DNA of 31,177 nt, from positions 1-31,177 of IMG/VR virus record IMGVR_UViG_2713896907_000007; one strand, written 5' to 3'. This DNA is from a virus. Its lineage: Duplodnaviria; Heunggongvirae; Uroviricota; Caudoviricetes. Shown piece by piece: positions 18,334 to 25,281 of this stretch. The notes under the pieces were generated by a model. That model searched no databases, was not told where the DNA came from, and worked only from the letters and a program-made list of their open reading frames with translations. Made by a program: the position numbers and the translations under genes. Every line of letters starts with the position of its first letter. Position 1 is the first letter of the stretch.

Positions 18334-19188
18334 TCAGCAGTTCGTCATCAGGGCGTCACCGCCACCACCGGTGGCCTTGCTGCGGCGCTGCTGGGTCAGA
18401 CTTTCGGTGTGGTCGAGACTGTTTTTCAGGCGGGTGAATGCCTGGCTGGTTTCATCCACCTTGTCAGTCACCTCCTGCTTAAGTGCGGAAAAGGCGGTTT
18501 CCACCTCAGCGAGGCGCTGCTCAGTGGCGCTCAGTTTTTCCTGCACATGTTCAGCAACAGCGGTCACCGCTTCATGCACGTCATTCAGACGGGCGTCATC
18601 GCTGGCCTGTTTGCGGCCAAAAATGGATTTCACCTTTTCGGTCAGGGCGGTGAACACGGTTTCAGGCAGGTCTTCAAATTCCAGCTCAACAGGCGTTGCC
18701 ACTGAAATCAGGTTTTCAGGGCTTAATTTGAAGCGGTTCAGGGGGTTGTGTTTTGCCGTGCGGCAGAATTCCAGGTATTCCGTGCCGAGGCTTGCCGGGT
18801 CATCGGTGACGGCCAGACCCACCAGATAACATTTGCCGGTGTTGGCAAAGTTCGGCTGAATTTCCATTGAGGTGTAGACCTTCTGCGCGGCCTTGTTCAT
18901 CGCGATAAGGTCATCGGTCGGGGTGATTTTCGCAAACAGCGCCCATTTGCCTTTCAGCGCCGAATCATCGTCAATCTTTTCGGCCTTCAGCTCGGCCACA
19001 TCGCCATAACGCTTAAAAATGCCGTCAGGCAGGATGCCGCGCAGATGTTCCAGGTTAATGCGGCAACCATAGACTCGCGGGTCAAAGGTTTCGGCCATTT
19101 CCTGAATATCCTGCGCACTGATGACACGCCCGTCACAGGTGTCACCCTCAACGCCGATACGAAAGAATTTTGAGACTTTTTTTGCCAT
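18334..19188 (-). CDS. O: Capsid scaffolding protein O (284 aa)
   Basis: ORF 18334..19254 trimmed to internal Met MAKKVSKFFRIGVEGDTCDGR..., giving 284 aa like P2 gpO. Confidence 0.88.
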   Translation of the reverse strand: MAKKVSKFFRIGVEGDTCDGRVISAQDIQEMAETFDPRVYGCRINLEHLRGILPDGIFKRYGDVAELKAEKIDDDSALKGKWALFAKITPTDDLIAMNKAAQKVYTSMEIQPNFANTGKCYLVGLAVTDDPASLGTEYLEFCRTAKHNPLNRFKLSPENLISVATPVELEFEDLPETVFTALTEKVKSIFGRKQASDDARLNDVHEAVTAVAEHVQEKLSATEQRLAEVETAFSALKQEVTDKVDETSQAFTRLKNSLDHTESLTQQRRSKATGGGGDALMTNC

Positions 19189-19361
19189 TGTCAGGAGTCC
19201 TGAATAGTGATTAGAGGAGTCACATGTCGGCATCAGTTTCCCGACGATGCGCATCCTCCGCCATCAGTCCCGGATGGCTTATCACTGACACAACAGCACC
19301 TTAGCGAATCGCAGGGCGCGACTCAGTAGCCTTGCCGTGTATTCATCACGGCGAGGTATTC
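19189..19361. promoter_or_regulatory. Divergent O/P intergenic region, presumed Ogr-dependent late promoters
   Basis: 173-bp gap between divergently transcribed O (minus) and P (plus). P2 has divergent late promoters here. Contains imperfect dyads (TGTCGG-N10-CCGACG at about 19225..19246 and GCCGTG-N7-CACGGC at 19334..19352), but I found no exact TGT-N12-ACA. Confidence 0.4.
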
Positions 19362-21134
19362 ATGACCATCACCACAGACACCACTCTTTTACACGACCCG
19401 CGTCGTCAGGCGGCGCTGCTGTACTGGCAGGGGTTTTCCGTGCCGCAGATTGCCGCCATGTTGCAGATGAAACGCCCGACGGTGCAGAGCTGGAAACAGC
19501 GCGACGGCTGGGACAGCGTTGCCCCCATCAGCCGTGTCGAAATGAGTCTGGAAGCGCGACTGACCCAGCTCATCATCAAACCGCAGAAAACCGGTGGTGA
19601 CTTCAAGGAAATTGACCTGCTCGGACGCCAGATTGAACGACTGGCACGGGTAAACCGCTACAGTCAGACCGGCAACGAGGCAGACCTTAATCCGAACGTC
19701 GCTAACCGCAACAAAGGCGGGCGTCGCAAACCGAAAAAGAATTTTTTCAGTGACGAGGCCATCGAAAAGCTGGAGCAGATTTTCTTTGAGCAGTCTTTCG
19801 ACTATCAGTTGCACTGGTATCGCGCCGGGCTTGAGCACCGCATCCGCGATATCCTGAAATCCCGCCAGATTGGCGCGACGTTTTATTTTTCCCGCGAGGC
19901 GCTGCTGCGTGCCCTGAAAACCGGTCATAACCAGATTTTTCTGTCGGCCAGTAAAACGCAGGCGTATGTGTTCCGCGAATACATCATCGCCTTTGCCCGT
20001 CTGGTTGACGTTGACCTGACCGGTGACCCGATTGTCCTGGGCAATAACGGCGCAAAACTGATTTTTCTCGGCACCAACTCCAACACCGCGCAGAGTCATA
20101 ACGGCGACCTGTACGTCGATGAGATTTTCTGGATCCCGAATTTTCAGGTACTGCGTAAGGTGGCATCAGGTATGGCCTCACAGAGTCACCTGCGCTCGAC
20201 CTATTTCTCCACCCCGTCCACGCTGGCGCACGACGCCTACCCGTTCTGGTCGGGTGAACTGTTTAACCGGGGACGCGCCAGCGCCGCCGAACGCGTGGAA
20301 ATCGACGTCAGTCATAACGCCCTTGCCGGTGGGCTTCTCTGTGCGGACGGCCAGTGGCGACAGATTGTCACCATTGAGGACGCCCTGAAAGGCGGCTGCA
20401 CGCTGTTCGACATTGAGCAGCTCAAACGCGAAAACAGCGCCGACGATTTTAAAAACCTGTTCATGTGTGAATTTGTTGACGACAAGGCATCGGTGTTCCC
20501 GTTCGAGGAGCTGCAACGCTGCATGGTCGACACGCTGGAAGAATGGGAAGACTATGCGCCGTTTGCCGCCAATCCGTTCGGCTCCCGCCCGGTATGGATT
20601 GGTTACGACCCGTCACACCGTGGCGACAGCGCCGGATGCGTGGTACTGGCACCGCCGGTGGTGGCCGGTGGCAAATTCAGAATACTTGAGCGTCACCAGT
20701 GGAAAGGCATGGACTTTGCCACCCAGGCGGAATCCATCCGCAAACTCACCGAAAAATACAACGTCGAATACATCGGTATTGATGCCACCGGCCTCGGTGT
20801 CGGCGTGTTCCAGCTCGTGCGCTCGTTCTATCCCGCCGCGCGTGATATCCGCTACACGCCGGAAATGAAAACCGCAATGGTGCTCAAGGCAAAAGACGTT
20901 ATCCGCCGTGGCTGTCTGGAATACGACGTCAGCGCCACCGACATCACCAGCTCGTTTATGGCTATCCGCAAGACCATGACCAGCAGCGGACGCAGCGCCA
21001 CCTATGAGGCCAGCCGCAGCGAGGAAGCCAGCCACGCCGACCTCGCCTGGGCGACCATGCACGCCCTGTTAAATGAGCCACTCACCGCCGGTATCAGCAC
21101 CCCGCTGACATCCACCATTCTGGAGTTTTACTGA
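19362..21134 (+). CDS. P: Terminase large subunit P (590 aa)
   Basis: ORF 19332..21134 begins at a TTG; the ATG at 19362 (MTITTDTTLLHDPRRQ...) is preceded by GAGGT and gives about 590 aa like P2 gpP. Confidence 0.9.
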   Translation: MTITTDTTLLHDPRRQAALLYWQGFSVPQIAAMLQMKRPTVQSWKQRDGWDSVAPISRVEMSLEARLTQLIIKPQKTGGDFKEIDLLGRQIERLARVNRYSQTGNEADLNPNVANRNKGGRRKPKKNFFSDEAIEKLEQIFFEQSFDYQLHWYRAGLEHRIRDILKSRQIGATFYFSREALLRALKTGHNQIFLSASKTQAYVFREYIIAFARLVDVDLTGDPIVLGNNGAKLIFLGTNSNTAQSHNGDLYVDEIFWIPNFQVLRKVASGMASQSHLRSTYFSTPSTLAHDAYPFWSGELFNRGRASAAERVEIDVSHNALAGGLLCADGQWRQIVTIEDALKGGCTLFDIEQLKRENSADDFKNLFMCEFVDDKASVFPFEELQRCMVDTLEEWEDYAPFAANPFGSRPVWIGYDPSHRGDSAGCVVLAPPVVAGGKFRILERHQWKGMDFATQAESIRKLTEKYNVEYIGIDATGLGVGVFQLVRSFYPAARDIRYTPEMKTAMVLKAKDVIRRGCLEYDVSATDITSSFMAIRKTMTSSGRSATYEASRSEEASHADLAWATMHALLNEPLTAGISTPLTSTILEFY

Positions 21135-22168
21135 TGAGCAAGAAAAAAGGGAAAACACCGCAACCTGCGGCAAAAAAAATGACCGCCAGCGCCCCGAAAA
21201 TGGAGGCATTCACCTTTGGTGAGCCGGTGCCGGTGCTCGACCGCCGTGACATTCTGGATTACGTCGAATGTATCAGTAACGGCAGATGGTATGAGCCGCC
21301 GGTCAGCTTTACCGGTCTGGCAAAAAGCCTGCGTGCTGCCGTACATCACAGCTCACCGATTTACGTCAAACGTAATATTCTGGCTTCAACGTTTATCCCG
21401 CACCCGTGGCTGTCCCAGCAGGATTTCAGCCGCTTTGTGCTGGATTTTCTGGTGTTCGGTAATGCGTTTCTGGAAAAGCGTTACAGCACCACCGGCAAGG
21501 TCATCAGACTGGAAACCTCACCGGCAAAATATACCCGCCGTGGTGTGGAAGAGGATGTTTACTGGTGGGTGCCGTCCTTCAACGAGCCGACAGCCTTCGC
21601 GCCCGGTTCCGTGTTTCACCTGCTGGAGCCGGATATTAATCAGGAGCTGTACGGCCTGCCGGAATATCTCAGCGCCCTTAACTCTGCCTGGCTGAATGAG
21701 TCAGCCACGCTGTTCCGCCGCAAGTATTACGAAAACGGCGCGCATGCCGGATACATCATGTACGTCACCGATGCCGTGCAGGACCGCAACGATATCGAAA
21801 TGCTTCGCGAAAACATGGTGAAGTCGAAAGGCCGCAATAACTTTAAAAACCTGTTTCTCTATGCCCCACAGGGGAAAGCCGACGGCATTAAAATTATCCC
21901 GCTCAGTGAAGTGGCGACGAAGGACGATTTTTTTAATATCAAAAAAGCCAGCGCCGCTGACCTGCTGGATGCGCACCGCATCCCCTTTCAGTTGATGGGC
22001 GGCAAGCCAGAGAACGTCGGGTCGCTGGGTGATATTGAGAAAGTGGCAAAGGTCTTTGTCCGCAATGAGCTTATCCCGTTACAGGACAGGATTCGGGAAA
22101 TAAACGGCTGGCTCGGTCAGGAGGTCATCCGCTTTAAAAACTACTCACTGGACACTGACAACGGCTGA
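21134..22168 (+). CDS. Q: Portal protein Q (344 aa)
   Basis: 344-aa ORF whose start overlaps the P stop; size and position next to cos match P2 gpQ. Confidence 0.92.
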   Translation: MSKKKGKTPQPAAKKMTASAPKMEAFTFGEPVPVLDRRDILDYVECISNGRWYEPPVSFTGLAKSLRAAVHHSSPIYVKRNILASTFIPHPWLSQQDFSRFVLDFLVFGNAFLEKRYSTTGKVIRLETSPAKYTRRGVEEDVYWWVPSFNEPTAFAPGSVFHLLEPDINQELYGLPEYLSALNSAWLNESATLFRRKYYENGAHAGYIMYVTDAVQDRNDIEMLRENMVKSKGRNNFKNLFLYAPQGKADGIKIIPLSEVATKDDFFNIKKASAADLLDAHRIPFQLMGGKPENVGSLGDIEKVAKVFVRNELIPLQDRIREINGWLGQEVIRFKNYSLDTDNG

Positions 22169-22173
22169 ACATC

Positions 22174-22195
22174 GCCGCCTGCGGGCGGCTTTTTT
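22174..22195 (+). terminator. Intrinsic terminator after Q
   Basis: GCCGCC-tgcg-GGCGGC hairpin (22174..22189) followed by TTTTTT (22190..22195), 6 nt after the Q stop. Confidence 0.7.
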
Positions 22196-22337
22196 ACACC
22201 CCGTCAGCACGCCCTCACACGCTCACCTCCGCGCAAAACACCCCGCAGACAAACCAACACCCCGGCACACAATCTAAACGCCATCACGACGCGCTCAAAC
22301 GCTGAAAAAATAAAATCAGCACCACTGCCAGCGCGCA

Positions 22338-22356
22338 GTGCTTTCCCCGCCTCGCC
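22338..22356. other. cos: cos cohesive-end site (19 nt)
   Basis: GTGCTTTCCCCGCCTCGCC is the exact reverse complement of GGCGAGGCGGGGAAAGCAC, which I recall as the P2 19-nt cohesive end; it lies about 170 bp past the Q stop in a C/A-rich tract, as in P2. Confidence 0.75.
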
Positions 22357-22512
22357 CGCCCGCTTCATGGGGCGGTTTTAATGCAGTTGCAATACCGCTT
22401 TTGAGCCACGCCAGTCTTGGCGGACGCACGGCCAGAACATGTAACTCCGGCACATGCAAAACCATGCACATATTGCATGCACAGATAAAAACGGGGATAT
22501 CACAGAAAAAGC

Positions 22513-22543
22513 ACAAAAAAAACCGGCATTCATGATGCCGGTT
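22513..22543 (-). terminator. Intrinsic terminator for leftward transcripts leaving the cargo island (possibly bidirectional)
   Basis: 9-bp stem AACCGGCAT/ATGCCGGTT (22521..22529 and 22535..22543) with 5-nt loop; on the minus strand it is followed by a run of eight T (complement of 22515..22522). Confidence 0.65.
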
Positions 22544-22681
22544 CTGATCAATTTTTATAGTTGTCACTGGCCGCGCAATGCACCAATCACACTGTTGAGG
22601 CACGTACTGACAACAATTAGCAGAAAAATCGTTGTCCACGGACTTTCATAAATGTGAGATAACTTCTTGATATAGATCATT

Positions 22682-22813
22682 TTATTTATTCATTCTGATG
22701 TGATTTAACAGGTATTTTATAACGACCATAAGCTCATCTTTACTGGCTTGTTCAACCATTTTTTCAGTGTAACTGTCCACCTCGCGAGAGCTCAGGTCGT
22801 TATTTAAGGCCAT
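22682..22813 (-). CDS. Small hypothetical protein (43 aa from the SD-preceded Met; ORF could extend to 22963)
   Basis: ORF 22682..22963 overlaps the start of the opposite-strand ORF at 22875; the internal Met at 22813 has an AGAGG SD about 9 nt upstream. Start is uncertain and the protein may not be real. Confidence 0.3.
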   Translation of the reverse strand: MALNNDLSSREVDSYTEKMVEQASKDELMVVIKYLLNHIRMNK

Positions 22814-22874
22814 TACAGTTAGCCTCTTTGCCCAGTCGGCATAAGGGTCTTTAATTGATGAAAGGGAACTATGC

Positions 22875-23312
22875 ATGTCCAAAAATCTCGAATTATTCAA
22901 CCAACAGACGGCAGAAATCTTTGCGGTGCTATGGGATAACTTTCCTGTACCACAAGTCATCACCTACAAAAAATTTAACGCCGCGTTACCTGATGACTAC
23001 TTTGACCAACTTAACTCACCAGAAATGAAAGCACTGAATCAGTTGCGTAGTGTGGTTGATGGCACATTCACTTTCCTAAGCGAAAACGGCTATATTCTGT
23101 ACGGAACAGACCATCAGACCGGTTTTCATGATGTGCGCCTGACCGAGAAAGCACTCGCGGTGCTCAACAAAAAACCCGAAGCACTTGGCGGTAATGAAAC
23201 GATGGGTGATAAAATTATCAGTGCAGTAAAAGACGGAACTCCAGGTGTAATTGCTGGAGCAGTGACAAACCTGTTGACTCTTGGCGTTAATTTTGTGACG
23301 TCAGCTTCATAG
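22875..23312 (+). CDS. Hypothetical 145-aa protein with hydrophobic Gly/Ala-rich C-terminal segment; unknown cargo gene
   Basis: ORF in the cos-A cargo island, convergent with the RT operon; C-terminus DGTPGVIAGAVTNLLTLGVNFV looks like a membrane helix. No recognisable catalytic motif. Confidence 0.5.
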   Translation: MSKNLELFNQQTAEIFAVLWDNFPVPQVITYKKFNAALPDDYFDQLNSPEMKALNQLRSVVDGTFTFLSENGYILYGTDHQTGFHDVRLTEKALAVLNKKPEALGGNETMGDKIISAVKDGTPGVIAGAVTNLLTLGVNFVTSAS

Positions 23313-23338
23313 CTAACTACTTTCTGAGGTTTCTAATC

Positions 23339-23381
23339 AACGCCGCCTGCATCGAAAGTAAATTCCTGCACTTGCGGCGTT
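23339..23381. terminator. Hairpin between convergent genes, possible bidirectional terminator
   Basis: 8-bp arms AACGCCGC (23339..23346) and GCGGCGTT (23374..23381) around a 27-nt loop, between the 145-aa ORF stop (23312) and the RT stop (23436). Weak: large loop, no clean T-run. Confidence 0.35.
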
Positions 23382-23435
23382 ACTAACGCCAAGTCATTTT
23401 AATTATTGATGCTTTTATGCAATACATTCAATATG

Positions 23436-24386
23436 TTAATTTGCAGTATTAGCCTTTAAAGTAAGCACCTTCGATTTGTAACGTTGCTCAATCACTCCCA
23501 TTGAATGCAAACGGCCAAAGAGCTTTTTGGCAATGATTGTTTCTCTCGCATTTTCGGCGTCTTTAATTATTTTCCAATAATCTATTTCCCTAGCCATCAA
23601 AAAATGCTGCTCATTCCTAACTTTTAAAGCATTACCGAATACAATAACTCCAGTTACCAACTTAGGCTTATCTCTGGCATATAATTTTGTTTTCGTTGGG
23701 TGTATAACATGTCCATGCTTATTAACGATCTTACGAATTACAGCGCAAAACAATCGATTTACGTTACTACCTGAAAAAGTGAGATCATCAACATAAACAG
23801 TCATGTTAACTCGTAACTTTTGGCAAAGTTGATATATTTCACCAAACATTCTTGAATTTGCAAAATATGCCAACGGCATACTGATGCGACTACCTGTTGG
23901 TAATCGGTCATGACAAGTACATATGTGGGACAAAACATCAGCAACATCAGATGACATTTTCATCACCGAAAAGAAAAAAGAAAATATCATCCCTCTTGTA
24001 GTTGATGGAAAAAAAGCTTTAATATCTGTTGTCATCATCTTTTCATTATTAAGATGAGCTTTAGCATTCGTCACATTAGAGCACTTCTTCTTCCCCGAGT
24101 GCAGATATTCTGGCAAAGCAATCCGTGATAACAAACTTGCAATTCGTGTATGTACAAGTTCTAGTTTTTCTAAAGGCTTTTGTATTTTTCGTGCTTTTCC
24201 TTTTTTAGAAAGTTGCTCAAAAACGGAATAGTTTCCTTCATCTTTTCTCAAAGAGTATAATTCTTCAAGACTAACACAAAGCAAATTCGCCAGTTTTCTT
24301 TTACTTTTGAGTTTGTAAAATGGCGAATCCATTATGTCATAAGATTTATTTTTAGTATTAACCTTAAGCTTTTTCCGTTTTTTCAT
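23436..24386 (-). CDS. Reverse transcriptase, retron-type (316 aa)
   Basis: Motifs seen in translation: NAKAH (NAxxH, aa 107-111), TDIKAFFPS (motif A Asp), LPTGSRISMPLA (motif B region), YVDD (motif C, aa 198-201, DNA 23784..23795) and KLVTGVIV (VTG, aa 244-246). Size and motif order resemble retron RTs such as Ec86 as I recall them. AT-rich. Confidence 0.85.
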   Translation of the reverse strand: MKKRKKLKVNTKNKSYDIMDSPFYKLKSKRKLANLLCVSLEELYSLRKDEGNYSVFEQLSKKGKARKIQKPLEKLELVHTRIASLLSRIALPEYLHSGKKKCSNVTNAKAHLNNEKMMTTDIKAFFPSTTRGMIFSFFFSVMKMSSDVADVLSHICTCHDRLPTGSRISMPLAYFANSRMFGEIYQLCQKLRVNMTVYVDDLTFSGSNVNRLFCAVIRKIVNKHGHVIHPTKTKLYARDKPKLVTGVIVFGNALKVRNEQHFLMAREIDYWKIIKDAENARETIIAKKLFGRLHSMGVIEQRYKSKVLTLKANTAN

Positions 24387-24684
24387 TTTTATTACTTACC
24401 CACTCCAGAACATCCAGAACTTTACCGGCTAAATTTAAACGCAATCGCTTAGACAAACGGCCTTGCGTGCCTAATGATTCCGAAAAGAATACTAAAGAGG
24501 ATACTGGTATGTCGAAATGGGAGGCGTAACGCTCTAAGACTTCAATCGACGGTGACCAAACTCCGCTTTCAAGCGATACTATTTTGTCTTTTGGAATACC
24601 TAAAGATGAAGATAACTCAACTATTGATTCTTTATGGTATTGCCTTATTAAACGAAGGGCTTTATGTAACATAGGCAACTCCAT
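24364..24684 (-). CDS. XRE-family helix-turn-helix protein (106 aa), co-operonic with the RT
   Basis: LRLIRQYHKESIVELSSSLGIPKDKIVSLESG fits a Cro/C1-type HTH; its 3' end overlaps the RT start by 23 nt, implying translational coupling. Confidence 0.75.
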   Translation of the reverse strand: MELPMLHKALRLIRQYHKESIVELSSSLGIPKDKIVSLESGVWSPSIEVLERYASHFDIPVSSLVFFSESLGTQGRLSKRLRLNLAGKVLDVLEWVSNKNEKTEKA

Positions 24685-24708
24685 GCTATTGAAACTAGGG
24701 AGGACGCA

Positions 24709-24864
24709 TTACTCACCACCCCCTTCTAAGTAGTCCAGTGCTCGAGTGACTAAATCAAACAGTCTAATACCCCATTTGAATAATTCCCAAGCATAACCAG
24801 CCCTCTTTTTCAGGTTTGACTTGTTCTGCGCCTGCTGTTCGTTGGTTAATTTATCATTCTTCAT
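24709..24864 (-). CDS. Small hypothetical protein (51 aa) at the head of the HTH-RT operon
   Basis: ATG at 24864 is preceded by a strong SD AAGGAG with a 6-nt spacer; it ends 24 nt before the HTH start. The longer ORF 24709..25122 upstream of this Met runs through hairpin-rich DNA and is probably not coding. Confidence 0.45.
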   Translation of the reverse strand: MKNDKLTNEQQAQNKSNLKKRAGYAWELFKWGIRLFDLVTRALDYLEGGGE

Positions 24865-25100
24865 GATTTGCTCCTTATGCCCATAGTGTGCAAACGGTAT
24901 GTCTGCTCCAACACTATGGTTCGCCCTCATAAGGATGAGATTGAACAGCACTAGCTCCCTGCTCCACGAACCCTTTGTCGCCCAAAGGGTTCGAATTCCC
25001 ATACGCCATACCACCTGGTCCTGTGACTCTTGTCGCTGGCAGGGGCGTTGCGCGGGGTAAACGGTAGAAAGTGTTAACTTTCCACGGGTAAAAAATACCC
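24865..25100 (-). ncRNA. Candidate structured non-coding RNA (possible retron msr/msd) upstream of the RT operon
   Basis: Non-coding stretch with several hairpins: 9-bp stem 24881..24889/24911..24919; 11-bp stem CGAACCCTTTG/CAAAGGGTTCG 24967..24993 with 5-nt loop; 6-bp stem 25067..25082; 5-bp stem 25086..25100. A retron RT needs an adjacent msr/msd RNA. Boundaries and a1/a2 repeats not identified. Confidence 0.25.
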
Positions 25101-25281
25101 AATTGATGGCGATGTATCTCACTAACTAACCAATAATTGCATCATAACAAGTAAACCGTTGTATTTGATCTTTCTATATATAATATTTTTTCATATAAAA
25201 CCAAACATTAACAACAAAGAAGAATAACACATATTAAAGCGATATACGATATACGTTCATTACATTGAATTTTAAAGTGTT
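25101..25281 (-). promoter_or_regulatory. AT-rich intergenic region between A and the RT cassette, presumed cassette promoter
   Basis: About 180 bp of very AT-rich DNA containing a tandem GATATAC GATATAC near 25241..25254; only weak -35/-10 candidates on the minus strand (TTGTTA at 25150..25145). Confidence 0.3.

Noticed and set aside
388-21062. Many ORFs of 60 to 240 aa on the strand opposite to or overlapping the late genes (for example 388..771, 2235..2915, 5920..6366, 10918..11535, 12619..13143, 16452..17051, 19389..20099, 20613..21062)
   Set aside because: All lie antisense to or in alternative frames of genes with P2-matching lengths and synteny; their translations are Arg/Ser/Cys-rich as expected for chance ORFs in GC-rich DNA.
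22316-22639. 107-aa minus-strand ORF (and short plus-strand ORFs) spanning the cos region
   Set aside because: It runs across the cos site and the terminator hairpin in a region that is non-coding in P2, and its translation is Cys/Trp-rich low-complexity; judged spurious.
24975-25010. tRNA-like motif (GGTTCGAATTCC T-loop-like sequence followed by CCA)
   Set aside because: Attempted folding gives only three T-stem pairs and no acceptor, D or anticodon arms; the sequence is better explained as the 11-bp hairpin at 24967..24993.
24865-25122. N-terminal 86 codons of the 137-aa ORF 24709..25122
   Set aside because: This part runs through the hairpin-rich region and lacks an SD; only the C-terminal 51 codons, which follow a strong AAGGAG SD, are retained as a possible gene.
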